A stretch of 64,000 nucleotides of DNA from Bdellovibrionota bacterium (GTDB lineage: Bacteria > Bdellovibrionota_C > UBA2361 > JBGSMV01), in NCBI GenBank assembly GCA_041739995.1, contig JBGSMV010000047.1:128001-192000 (forward strand), given 5' to 3'. The notes below the pieces were generated by a model, which saw only the letters and a list, made by a program, of their open reading frames with translations, did no database searches and was not told the origin of the DNA. Position numbers and translations under genes: made by a program. This document shows positions 20,552 through 29,688 of this stretch, piece by piece. The number at the start of each line of letters is the position of its first letter. The first letter of the stretch is position 1.

Positions 20552-22360
20552 ATGAAGCAAAAGCATAGCAATATAGGCAAGGTCCTCATAGCCAATCGCG
20601 GCGAAATTGCCCGGAGGGTCCAGGCCGCATGCCGCAAGCTAGATATCACCACTGTGGCAGTGGCTTCTGAAGCTGACAAGGAAAGCCTGTTCGCTCGGGA
20701 AGCCGACGAGCTTGTGATGATTGGCCCCCCCGCCCCTAAAGACTCCTATCTATGTATTGAGAAAATCTTAAACGCGGCGCGCTCCACAGGCTGTGACGCG
20801 ATTCATCCTGGATATGGGTTCTTGTCAGAGAGTGCTGAGTTCGCGAGAGCGGTCGAGGACGCGGGGCTAATTTTCATAGGCCCTACCTCTAAGACGATTG
20901 GGTTACTCGGGAGCAAGACTTCAGCGAAAAAACTAGCTCGTGCGGCGAACGTGCCCTGTGCGGCAAGTAGCATTGGGGGGCTCACCGACAAAGAGCTTGT
21001 GAAGGAGGCCAAGCGCATTGGGTTTCCTGTGCTGGTCAAGGCGGTTGCCGGTGGTGGTGGTCGCGGGATGCGCCGAGTGCGAACTGAGCAAGAGCTTGTA
21101 GAGGCACTGCCAAGAGCGCGAGGCGAGGCTAAGAAGTTTTTTTCGAATGAAGACATCTATTTAGAAAAGCTGATCGACATGCCGCGCCATGTTGAGGTGC
21201 AGATTCTTGGGGACTCTCACGGTAATCTTGTGCATCTTGGTACCAGAGACTGCTCGATGCAGAGGAGGCACCAAAAGTTAATTGAAGAGGCCCCAGCCCC
21301 GAACTTGGCCCCAAAACTCCGAGAGCGTCTGCACCAAGCGGCGATAGCAGTAGCGAAGGAAGCGGCATACTCCAATGCCGGCACCGTTGAGTTTCTCGTA
21401 GAAGGCGACCAGTTCTATTTTCTGGAAGTGAACACGCGTATTCAAGTCGAACATCCGGTCACTGAAGCCATTACTGGGCTGGATTTGGTGGAGCTTCAAA
21501 TCAGAGTCGCTAGAGGCGAGAAGCTGCCCTTTGCACAGCGCGATATTGAGTTTAGAGGGCATGCGATTGAGTTTCGAATCTGCACTGAAGATCCTCGCGA
21601 GGACTTTCGGCCAGTAACGGGTCAAATTGATAGAATTGGCGGGCCCGCGTTCCCATGGGTGCGGGAAGACCGGGGAGTGGAGAATGGAACAGTCATTTCA
21701 CCCTATTATGACTCCCTAGTCTCAAAAGTCGTTGTATTGGGGCGCTCACGCGGCGAGGCCATAAATAAAAGCTTAGAATATTTAGATAGTTACGTGCTCG
21801 AACCGCTTCCCAGCACCATTGCCTTCCACAAATGGGCACTCTACAATGCGCGGTTCCGTTGTAGCCCACCAGATATAGGCTACGTCGAACGGGAGTTTTC
21901 TGTTAAGAACGTGTTAGAAGTTGAGGCTTTAGACGTCGAGCGCAGAGTAGTTCTCGAGTCGGGCCGAGGTGACACGCGTCCTTTAGGATACTTAGGACAG
22001 AAGGCTCGCATAACGTCAGTGAATCCATTAGGCGCGGCTCAAAGCGGGAAAACTCCCGGAAACAGCTGTGAAAAACTTCAATTTCAATCGTTTGATTGGA
22101 ATTTGGTGAGTGAGCCTGGATTCGATGGAGTGATTGTGGAAAACGTATATCGTTATCAATCCAAGAAGTTCAATACCTTGTACACCATTGAAGTCTTGCA
22201 CAAACGGGACGGATTTTTCGTGGCCGTTCCGGTGGACTCTGCAGGACGCCGCGCAAAGTCCCAAAGCTGCCGCATGTCGAATGGGCTTAACACCGTGATG
22301 GACTCTCTCATCAATGACGTGCTTGAAATGACGCCTCCGACGGAAATCTTCGCTAATTAA
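20552..22360 (+). CDS. Biotin carboxylase (AccC-like) with unrecognised C-terminal extension
   Basis: ANRGEIA, HPGYGFLSE, GGGGRGMR, RDCSMQRRHQKLIEEAP, EVNTRIQVEHPVTE, YYDSL. No MKM biotinylation motif. Confidence 0.88.
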   Translation: MKQKHSNIGKVLIANRGEIARRVQAACRKLDITTVAVASEADKESLFAREADELVMIGPPAPKDSYLCIEKILNAARSTGCDAIHPGYGFLSESAEFARAVEDAGLIFIGPTSKTIGLLGSKTSAKKLARAANVPCAASSIGGLTDKELVKEAKRIGFPVLVKAVAGGGGRGMRRVRTEQELVEALPRARGEAKKFFSNEDIYLEKLIDMPRHVEVQILGDSHGNLVHLGTRDCSMQRRHQKLIEEAPAPNLAPKLRERLHQAAIAVAKEAAYSNAGTVEFLVEGDQFYFLEVNTRIQVEHPVTEAITGLDLVELQIRVARGEKLPFAQRDIEFRGHAIEFRICTEDPREDFRPVTGQIDRIGGPAFPWVREDRGVENGTVISPYYDSLVSKVVVLGRSRGEAINKSLEYLDSYVLEPLPSTIAFHKWALYNARFRCSPPDIGYVEREFSVKNVLEVEALDVERRVVLESGRGDTRPLGYLGQKARITSVNPLGAAQSGKTPGNSCEKLQFQSFDWNLVSEPGFDGVIVENVYRYQSKKFNTLYTIEVLHKRDGFFVAVPVDSAGRRAKSQSCRMSNGLNTVMDSLINDVLEMTPPTEIFAN

Positions 22361-22673
22361 GCTGCTCTTCCCTGATCTCTTGATTCTGAAGCTTCGTGGC
22401 TGATAGGAGCTCGTGCGTCGTTTTCGTCTGCTTTTTGGACGAACCTCTCCAAGATGCCCCAACCTTTTTAACTCCCTGAACTTGCATATCACAGAGCGGG
22501 CGTATTGCCTCAACCGCCCGTGCGCATTCTGCTGCATAATCACTTTCGCGTGCGCCCTCTTCGCACCCCTGAGTATAAGAATTGGCGCAATGAGGCTGAG
22601 CGGACAAACTAAGCAGGAATCTTCTTAAAACAGAAATCGAATCGTTCGAATTCTAAAAATTGCAATCTTAGCT

Positions 22674-23441
22674 TCAAGCTGGAAGCCGAAAATACGAAGG
22701 AACCTCCGCGGAAACTGCCATCTCCTTATCCTTGAGCGGATGAATGAAGTTTACCTCTTCAGCATGCAGTAAGAACTGCGGCATCGAGGGGTCTTCCACT
22801 GAGCGACCAAGAAAATCACTGAGTAAGTGCTTGCTGCCGTAAAGAGCATCGCCACATAGCGGGAAGCCCAATGCTGCGGCGTGCGCTCGAACCTGATGGC
22901 GTCGGCCGTTTGAGGTAGTGGCCATGGCGAGGCTGCATCCTTTGGGCGGAAAAGCTTTAATCGGCGAAAAGGTACTCTTTGCAGGTTGCGAGCGCTTAAC
23001 CCCGCGCTGAGAGCGATTCTCGAGATACACTCGAACCTTAGTGCCTCTTCGGTACGGAGAGCCAATCGGCGCGTCAATTTCTTGAGGCTCTGAGAGCACT
23101 CCTTCAAGTAGCACCCGGTAGCGCTTAACCACTTGGCTTCCGGCCAGCGCGGCACGGAGCTGATTCCAGGCTTCGCGAGTTTTGGCACCGAGCAGCACGC
23201 CGCTTGTTTCAAAATCGAGGCGCTGCACAAGCCCAGAGTCTTCCGGCTTTAGACCAACATCCCGCAAGTTTGGAAAAATAATAGCGAGAGCCCCTGCGAT
23301 ACTCTCCTCTGGTTTCTGATCTTCAGCAGCAGAATCGGGGCGTGCCACGGAATGGATACGCGCGGGCTTGGAGACGGCGAAGTATGAAGCGTCTTCCCAG
23401 ATGACAGGGAACGGTAGCCCGGCGAAGGTGAGATCAAACAT
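22674..23441 (-). CDS. RluA/RluD-family RNA pseudouridine synthase
   Basis: SKP, QRLDFETSG (catalytic Asp), GRRHQVRAH, GDALYG, LHA. Confidence 0.92.
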   Translation of the reverse strand: MFDLTFAGLPFPVIWEDASYFAVSKPARIHSVARPDSAAEDQKPEESIAGALAIIFPNLRDVGLKPEDSGLVQRLDFETSGVLLGAKTREAWNQLRAALAGSQVVKRYRVLLEGVLSEPQEIDAPIGSPYRRGTKVRVYLENRSQRGVKRSQPAKSTFSPIKAFPPKGCSLAMATTSNGRRHQVRAHAAALGFPLCGDALYGSKHLLSDFLGRSVEDPSMPQFLLHAEEVNFIHPLKDKEMAVSAEVPSYFRLPA

Positions 23442-23474
23442 AGAAAGCCTGTTATTTTAGGGGAAAACCAATAT

Positions 23475-24140
23475 TTAGTGAATCATCATGTCGTCGGGGT
23501 TGTCATCGCCCCCTGCGACTGAGCTTCCATCTTGTGAACGAACTGCAGAAAGTGGCTTTCGCAAGTCGGAAATAACGACTTGAAATTGGGAGGCAAGACT
23601 TCGCTTGTTCACAGAAAGACGTTCAAGAATTTCCGACATCTTCTTGTCGTACTCGTCGAGTGCCCAACGCGGCACGGCCTTCTTACGATTCTTTCCGAGG
23701 GAGTCGCGAGTGGAAGTTGCTTCCATATAAGCTCTCATGAGCTCTCCTCGCGAGTGCACTAAATCTTCAATCACGGCGAGACCAGTAATGGGGTGTCCTT
23801 CCTCTTCAGAGATAGCAATCAATCGCCCGAGGACCCCAATGTGATGTCCTACTACCTGGTCAATGAGCGCTTGGTCTTTGCGAATGTGATCGAAGAAAAA
23901 GGCCGCTTCAATAAGTTTCAATGCTGCCAAGAACTCGCCTTGACGAATCGCGGTATCAGCGCGCTTGAGGTTTTGTTCTCGGCGCTTAAAACGGGCACGC
24001 TCCCCAAGACCACGGGTATTGCCAAAAATAGCAATCCACAAGGACCTGACGAAGGTATAGAGCAGCGCCGCACCCAAAACGGTGAAAATAAGCGCAGGGA
24101 AAAGAAGAGCGATATCAGCAAGCATGAATTTGTTACCCAA
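23475..24140 (-). CDS. Hypothetical protein with N-terminal membrane anchor
   Basis: 221 aa ORF with one N-terminal hydrophobic segment and a helical charged remainder; co-oriented with the pseudouridine synthase. Confidence 0.7.
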   Translation of the reverse strand: MGNKFMLADIALLFPALIFTVLGAALLYTFVRSLWIAIFGNTRGLGERARFKRREQNLKRADTAIRQGEFLAALKLIEAAFFFDHIRKDQALIDQVVGHHIGVLGRLIAISEEEGHPITGLAVIEDLVHSRGELMRAYMEATSTRDSLGKNRKKAVPRWALDEYDKKMSEILERLSVNKRSLASQFQVVISDLRKPLSAVRSQDGSSVAGGDDNPDDMMIH

Positions 24141-24276
24141 ATGGGATACCCTTAGGATACCGTTTAGGCCGACCTAGTTCCAGTGTTCGGATACTTGCGA
24201 CGCGGACGCCCTGTATAGGAGCATAGGCCATAGGCGTACAGGGCCTCTTGGGGCGACAGCGGCTGGTAGGGTTTGA

Positions 24277-24846
24277 ATGACCATGAAACAAGACATCACA
24301 GCACTTTTACAAGAGTCGGCTCAGGTCAAAGCTGCGGTAGCTACCGATCCCGAATTTACCAACACTCTTAGCGCCATAGAGCAAACGTTGCGGGCCACTA
24401 TAGCCTGCGGCGGTACCATCTATGCTTGTGGCAACGGCGGCTCTGCCTGTGATGCCATGCATTTAACTGAAGAACTGGTTGCACGCTTTAAGCGAGAACG
24501 CCCCGGAATTCGCGCCATGCATTTTCTGGATGCGGGCACGCTGACATGTTGGTCAAATGACTACGATTTTCAATCTGTCTTCGAACGCCAAGCGCACACT
24601 TTTTGTAGAAAAGGCGACACGTTGGTGGCGTTCTCGACTTCTGGAAATTCCAAGAATGTGGTCAGGGCGGTTCAAGCTGCCAACGAATTGGGAGCTTCTA
24701 CCATTGCCTTAACTGGGATTGGCGGCGGAGCACTTAAAAATCTCGCGACTCATTGTCTCGAAGTGCCGTCGAAGGCGACTGAGAGAATCCAAGAGGTGCA
24801 TATTACCGTGGTGCACGTGCTCTTAGAGCTTCTTGAGTGCAGTTAA
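24277..24846 (+). CDS. gmhA: Phosphoheptose isomerase (SIS domain)
   Basis: CGNGGSACDAMH, SNDY, STSGNS, RIQEVH. Confidence 0.9.
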   Translation: MTMKQDITALLQESAQVKAAVATDPEFTNTLSAIEQTLRATIACGGTIYACGNGGSACDAMHLTEELVARFKRERPGIRAMHFLDAGTLTCWSNDYDFQSVFERQAHTFCRKGDTLVAFSTSGNSKNVVRAVQAANELGASTIALTGIGGGALKNLATHCLEVPSKATERIQEVHITVVHVLLELLECS

Positions 24847-24980
24847 ATTTACCTCAATTCATGCCCTTAGGCCGGCTATTTATTGCGGGCTTTGGCTTCA
24901 CCGCTTCGTTAACTCACTGAATCTACAGTGACGAACATCACGCAATTTCTGCACACCGAGCCGCTTTCTGGCTGCATCTA

Positions 24981-26399
24981 ATGCAGAGTATGGATTCGAT
25001 CCCTCTAAAAATCCTTGTGGTGCAGGCCCCTCGCCCCGGTGCTTCGCCCTGGCAGCACGTTTTAGGTGACGCCGGGTATGAGGTTACCGCTCTTAGTGAG
25101 ACCAAGCCCGCCGTGCAGGCGCTTGCTTCAGAACATTTCGATATTTTACTGATGGACTTCGGGCTTTCCACGGCGAGCACCCTGGATCTTGTGCGTACTT
25201 GTGCGGCGAACTCACCGCATACTGCGTCCATTGTGGTCGCTGGCGCTGAACACCAAGAGCTCGCCATGCAGGCTTTAAGACTCGGTGCCTCTGATTATAT
25301 CTCCGCCCCATTTCAATCTGACGAACTACTCTGCGCGCTTCGTAAACTTGAGGAGCGCGGGCAATTTAAAGAGAAAGTTCCTGCTCGTCGCGCGAACGCC
25401 GAGAAGAAATACAGCTTCTCCAATATTATCGCTCAGAGCGATGCCATGAAGCAGATCTTCGAAACCGTCAAACGACTGGCGTCTTACAGCACCACTGTGC
25501 TTATTACCGGCGAGTCCGGAACCGGCAAAGAATTGATTGCCCGAGCGCTTCACTACAACTCACCGCGACGAGGCGGTGCCTTTGTTGCGATAAACTGTGG
25601 CGCAATCCCAGAATCCTTGATGGAGTCGGAACTGTTTGGGCACAAACGAGGCGCCTTTACCGATGCCACCAAGGATAAGCGCGGGCTATTAGAGGAAGCT
25701 TCTGGAGGGACGGTTTTCCTCGATGAAATCGGAGAAATGCCACTGCAGCTACAAGTTAAGTTGCTACGCGTCCTACAGGAACAACAGATTCGTAAAGTTG
25801 GAGACGAGCAGGCGGTAGATATTGATATTCGAGTGATTGCTGCCACGCACCGAGACTTGGAAGTAGATGTATATACCAATCGATTTCGTGAAGACTTGTA
25901 TTATCGACTCAATGTGGTTTCCATCCACATTCCTCCCCTAAGAGATCGCCCAGAAGATATTCCGCTGCTAGCCAGATATTTTGTAAAAAAGCACGCCAAG
26001 CGCTTGAACCTTCCCGCCAAGGATCTTTCCGAGCAAGTTTCTGCGGCGCTTATGCGCCATTCATGGAGAGGTAACGTAAGAGAGCTGGAGAATTGTATTG
26101 AACGGGCATTGGTGTTGAGCGAGCAAGAACAGCTAGAAGTCGAAGCGCTGCCGCCTTCTTTAAGAGAAGAATTGCCGGAAGATTCTTCTGAGAAACTTGT
26201 TTGCGACGAAGGAAATCTTTCAATAAAACAGCGCACGCGAGAGCTTGAAGTTCACTTAATTCGTCGAGCACTTGAACAGACCAAAGGCAACCGCACCCAC
26301 GCGTCCAAAATTCTAGAAATCAGCCACCGGGCTCTACTCTATAAACTTAAAGAGTATGGTCTATCAGGCACCAGCGAAGTGGACGAAACGCCTACGTAG
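24981..26399 (+). CDS. Sigma-54-dependent enhancer-binding protein (NtrC family) with atypical receiver domain
   Basis: GESGTGKE, ESELFGH, GAFTDA, FLDEIGE, FREDLYYRLNV, WRGNVREL, C-terminal Fis-type HTH. Confidence 0.94.
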   Translation: MQSMDSIPLKILVVQAPRPGASPWQHVLGDAGYEVTALSETKPAVQALASEHFDILLMDFGLSTASTLDLVRTCAANSPHTASIVVAGAEHQELAMQALRLGASDYISAPFQSDELLCALRKLEERGQFKEKVPARRANAEKKYSFSNIIAQSDAMKQIFETVKRLASYSTTVLITGESGTGKELIARALHYNSPRRGGAFVAINCGAIPESLMESELFGHKRGAFTDATKDKRGLLEEASGGTVFLDEIGEMPLQLQVKLLRVLQEQQIRKVGDEQAVDIDIRVIAATHRDLEVDVYTNRFREDLYYRLNVVSIHIPPLRDRPEDIPLLARYFVKKHAKRLNLPAKDLSEQVSAALMRHSWRGNVRELENCIERALVLSEQEQLEVEALPPSLREELPEDSSEKLVCDEGNLSIKQRTRELEVHLIRRALEQTKGNRTHASKILEISHRALLYKLKEYGLSGTSEVDETPT

Positions 26400-26489
26400 C
26401 AGCTGACCTCGTTCGCCCCATCCCCGCAGTTGCCCTATTTGAACCATGCTTCTAATGTGAATGCTGATTCGACACTCAAGGAGCTGGCA

Positions 26490-27200
26490 ATGGTGAATAG
26501 AAGAACACTTATTCGTAGTGCAGGAGCTGGCATTCTTGCTTCAGCGGCGCTTGGAGTTAGACCAGTGGCAGAGGTGCTCGCGGAAGCTACCAAGCCAGGG
26601 GGAGCTTACAGGTGGGTCTCTAAAGGATTTACACCTCAGTCTCTTGGCAATTGGCCTTCGGATGTCGATCAGCATTTGGCCCTCTATGAAGGCTATGTAA
26701 AAAAATCAAACCAGCTCTTCGAGCAGATGGAAACCGTGAGTCGCGACCCCGCCGAACAGAGCATTACCTACAGCGCGCTTCGAGAGCTTAAAGTTGAATA
26801 TTCATTTGCTGTCGGCGGAGTAAAGAATCACGAAGTGTTTTTTGGAAACCAGCTCTCAGCGCCAAGAAGCAACAACGTACCTGGCAAACGAATGAAGCAG
26901 GCGATTGAGAAGCATTTTGGCAGCGTTGAGCGTTGGGAAGCGGACTTGCGAGCAACCGGGATTTCTGCGCGCGGTTGGGCCTGGCTCGCCCTTGATAGAG
27001 ATACGGGCTCACTGTTCAACTATATTGGTGATGCTCAAAACACCTACCCTATTTGGAACGCAGTTCCCTTGGTGGCCTTGGATATGTATGAGCACGCGTT
27101 CTTCAAAGATTACGGGAAAGATCGCGGCGCATATATCACAGACTTTTTAAAGCGTCTTGATTGGGGAAATGTCGAAAAGCGCTTCACAGAAATTTCCTAG
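26490..27200 (+). CDS. Fe/Mn superoxide dismutase family protein with twin-arginine signal
   Basis: AAGGAG SD before ATG 26490. NRRTLI followed by a hydrophobic stretch. Ligand motifs QHLALYEGY, NHEVFF and DMYEHA. Confidence 0.85.
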   Translation: MVNRRTLIRSAGAGILASAALGVRPVAEVLAEATKPGGAYRWVSKGFTPQSLGNWPSDVDQHLALYEGYVKKSNQLFEQMETVSRDPAEQSITYSALRELKVEYSFAVGGVKNHEVFFGNQLSAPRSNNVPGKRMKQAIEKHFGSVERWEADLRATGISARGWAWLALDRDTGSLFNYIGDAQNTYPIWNAVPLVALDMYEHAFFKDYGKDRGAYITDFLKRLDWGNVEKRFTEIS

Positions 27201-27321
27201 GAGTCTGTGACACAGGCACAGACGACGACGTCCCATCGACTTCTTCCTCGTAGCCTGAGCGAAGGGGGAAGCCTTCTCGAAATCAATGGCAGCACAGGTC
27301 CGTGTGAGCGAAGGCGGAGCT

Positions 27322-29115
27322 TCATCTAGCAGCTGCAAGAGAAATCTTAGGATTGAGCCAGTATCCGTGGTCGCCATAGTCGCCGTCGTCCGCATCGAGG
27401 ATTGCAAGAGTGAGGCGACGTACTCCTGCAACCGAGATATCTACTGTCTGAGGCTCTACGCCTGGATGCATATGGAAGGACTTCCATAGAGGTTTTCCGT
27501 CCCCATATAAAGCAAAAAACAGGGAGGTAGGGGCGCCGGTAGACATGTAATCAGGAACAGCTACTTGTGCTGTAAAGTGCGCCACTCCGTTGGGCAGATC
27601 GTACACAAGTCGGCCGTTGGCATGCACGGCGAAGCCGCTATCGTATTGAGTTCCCTTCACGACCAGAGCTTGATCAAATAGGTTGACTCCACCCCTACTG
27701 GGTCTCCAGGTCCACATCACGCGGTCAGGGGTTATTGGACTTGTTTCTGTAGAGTTTTCAACTGGAAGAGAAAGCGAGACCCGGTCAATGCTGACTTGGT
27801 GCACTCCCGCAACCGCAAGTAGTAGAAGCAATCCAGAAAAGGTGACGCCATAGAGTGCCTGACGCCCCGATAACACCGGCCAGCCCTTTATATCCGATGG
27901 TTGACCACAGAGTTGGCGGGGAATTGCTTCTTCGATGTGCTTCTGGCCGTAAAAATGAAGCGCGGCTTCTCTCATTACTAGAATCAGTAAAATTCCGGCT
28001 AAGAGAGCCGCTGATTTTATTTCGAGCAATGGGTGAAAACCTAATACGTTGGTGTACACGCTTAAGCTCACGAGTTGCTGAACAATCGCTATCCAAAACA
28101 ATCGAGGAAAGAGAAAGACGACGGCAACCGACATTAAATCAGCCGGGAAGAAGTAGCGGTCGTGCATCTTAGGTAGGAGGTATGGGAGCCCCAGCATGCA
28201 GACATAGGTGAGCAGCACCCAAGATTGCGCGCTCATGCGCTTGCGCGAGAGTGTGCCGAGCACAACCCAAACAAGCGCAAAGCTTGCACCGAGCATGAGG
28301 CCGAAAGGCACCAACAAATCATACAGCTTGTCAGGAGTCTGCTGAAAAATGTTGCCATCGGAAAACCAGGTGTAAATCGTTGGAGAGTTAGGAGCGAGGC
28401 TGCGATAATATTCTGCCTGCTGAAAGTAAATGCTAAATAATTCTGCAAAGGGGCGACCTGCTGCAGCTGCCGGAAACAGCGCAATCACATAAACGAGAGG
28501 AGTAAGTGCTATGTGCCACGGGCGCATTTCTCGGCGTAACAGCGCCACCACTAAGACAGGCGCGAAGAATAGAGCTTGTAGCTTAAAGCTTAGCGCAATT
28601 CCGAAGCACACTGCGGCCCAATGACCTTGCCGAATGCATAAGTAATAGGTCGCACCAAGGAGCAGCGTCGAATAAACCACATCGCACTGCCCCCACATTG
28701 AACTATTGAGCAGGACTGTTGGTGTAACCAGAGTAAGAAACACCGCGAGTGCTTGCACCAGCGGAGAACGATAGCGAAGCGCCACGATTCTAAGCATGAA
28801 GAATGCGGCAAGAAGGTCAAACAGAATAGACGGAAGTTTAATTATAAAAAACTCTGGTAGTTGATCGGGCAGTAAAGAGGCCAAGCTAAGAAGATAGAGG
28901 TATGGAGGGTTGTAGTTTGAAAAAGCTCCTCCTAGCGCATTGCGTTCCCCAATTTCACGAATGGTATGTAGCCATGGGATTAGGAACGCCTGCATATCGC
29001 CACTGACGTTCGGGAGCAGGAAAAAACGTAGAGCAAGTCCTAGAACAACACTCACAGCGATGCAGACGTGAGCAGTTATTTTAGGGCGGGAAGTGAGCGC
29101 TGATTCGTAAAGCAT
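27322..29115 (-). CDS. GT-C (GT87/mannosyltransferase-like) membrane glycosyltransferase fused to an NPCBM/NEW2 domain
   Basis: NYNPPYLYL, WGQCD, FKLQA, PKMHDRYF. C-terminal GFAVHA..YDL..DGKPLW..VAGVRRLTL..GDHGYW is NPCBM-like. Confidence 0.75.
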   Translation of the reverse strand: MLYESALTSRPKITAHVCIAVSVVLGLALRFFLLPNVSGDMQAFLIPWLHTIREIGERNALGGAFSNYNPPYLYLLSLASLLPDQLPEFFIIKLPSILFDLLAAFFMLRIVALRYRSPLVQALAVFLTLVTPTVLLNSSMWGQCDVVYSTLLLGATYYLCIRQGHWAAVCFGIALSFKLQALFFAPVLVVALLRREMRPWHIALTPLVYVIALFPAAAAGRPFAELFSIYFQQAEYYRSLAPNSPTIYTWFSDGNIFQQTPDKLYDLLVPFGLMLGASFALVWVVLGTLSRKRMSAQSWVLLTYVCMLGLPYLLPKMHDRYFFPADLMSVAVVFLFPRLFWIAIVQQLVSLSVYTNVLGFHPLLEIKSAALLAGILLILVMREAALHFYGQKHIEEAIPRQLCGQPSDIKGWPVLSGRQALYGVTFSGLLLLLAVAGVHQVSIDRVSLSLPVENSTETSPITPDRVMWTWRPSRGGVNLFDQALVVKGTQYDSGFAVHANGRLVYDLPNGVAHFTAQVAVPDYMSTGAPTSLFFALYGDGKPLWKSFHMHPGVEPQTVDISVAGVRRLTLAILDADDGDYGDHGYWLNPKISLAAAR

Positions 29116-29232
29116 CCGAGGCGGGGCCTAAAAGGGTTTTCGGACCCTATTTTGAAACCCTCGGCGGTTCTCAGCAAGCGATGTTTTAACAGGAAGCAAC
29201 TGAGAATGTGCCGGATCGGCGAGTGGTCACCA

Positions 29233-29688
29233 CTAGAAGGGCTCGTTTTTCGCCAACATCGAAACCTCGATTTCCACACTGCCCAAGATAGGCAGCAATG
29301 AGGGATAGCGCGCCGTGAGCAGCACAAATCCACCAGAGAGCCCTGGGTCGTTCGTAGTGCACTGCGGCATAGAACCGGGGCAAACTCTTAGATGACTTGA
29401 ACTCAGCGCAAGTCCGTAGTCTCGACCACGAGACACGAAGACATTGGCAATCGCGTCTAGTCGTGACGCATTCTGCGCAACTCCGCCTGTTACGGCCTGG
29501 CGGGTTGCGGTGGCCACCGCGTGCTGGAGTGCCAGGCGCTGGTAGTGAAACAGCGAGTAGCTGAGCACGCTGACAACGATAAAGAAACAAGCTCCTGCCG
29601 CGATAGAGAATTCGAACGTAAAGGCTCCGTGCTGCTGACGACTGTGTGCAGTTGTTCCGGCATGGGGACGGAAAGTTACTGCGCTCAT
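29233..29688 (-). CDS. TadE/TadF-like pseudopilin
   Basis: QHGAFTFEF prepilin-like motif, hydrophobic helix, AVATATR, C-terminal KNEPF. Confidence 0.75.
   Translation of the reverse strand: MSAVTFRPHAGTTAHSRQQHGAFTFEFSIAAGACFFIVVSVLSYSLFHYQRLALQHAVATATRQAVTGGVAQNASRLDAIANVFVSRGRDYGLALSSSHLRVCPGSMPQCTTNDPGLSGGFVLLTARYPSLLPILGSVEIEVSMLAKNEPF

Noticed and set aside
22353..22628. Short ORFs between the biotin carboxylase and pseudouridine synthase genes
   Set aside because: No clear SD, motif or compositional support on either strand.
25640..25670. GAFTDA instead of GAFTGA as a novelty
   Set aside because: A commonly seen variant among enhancer-binding proteins.
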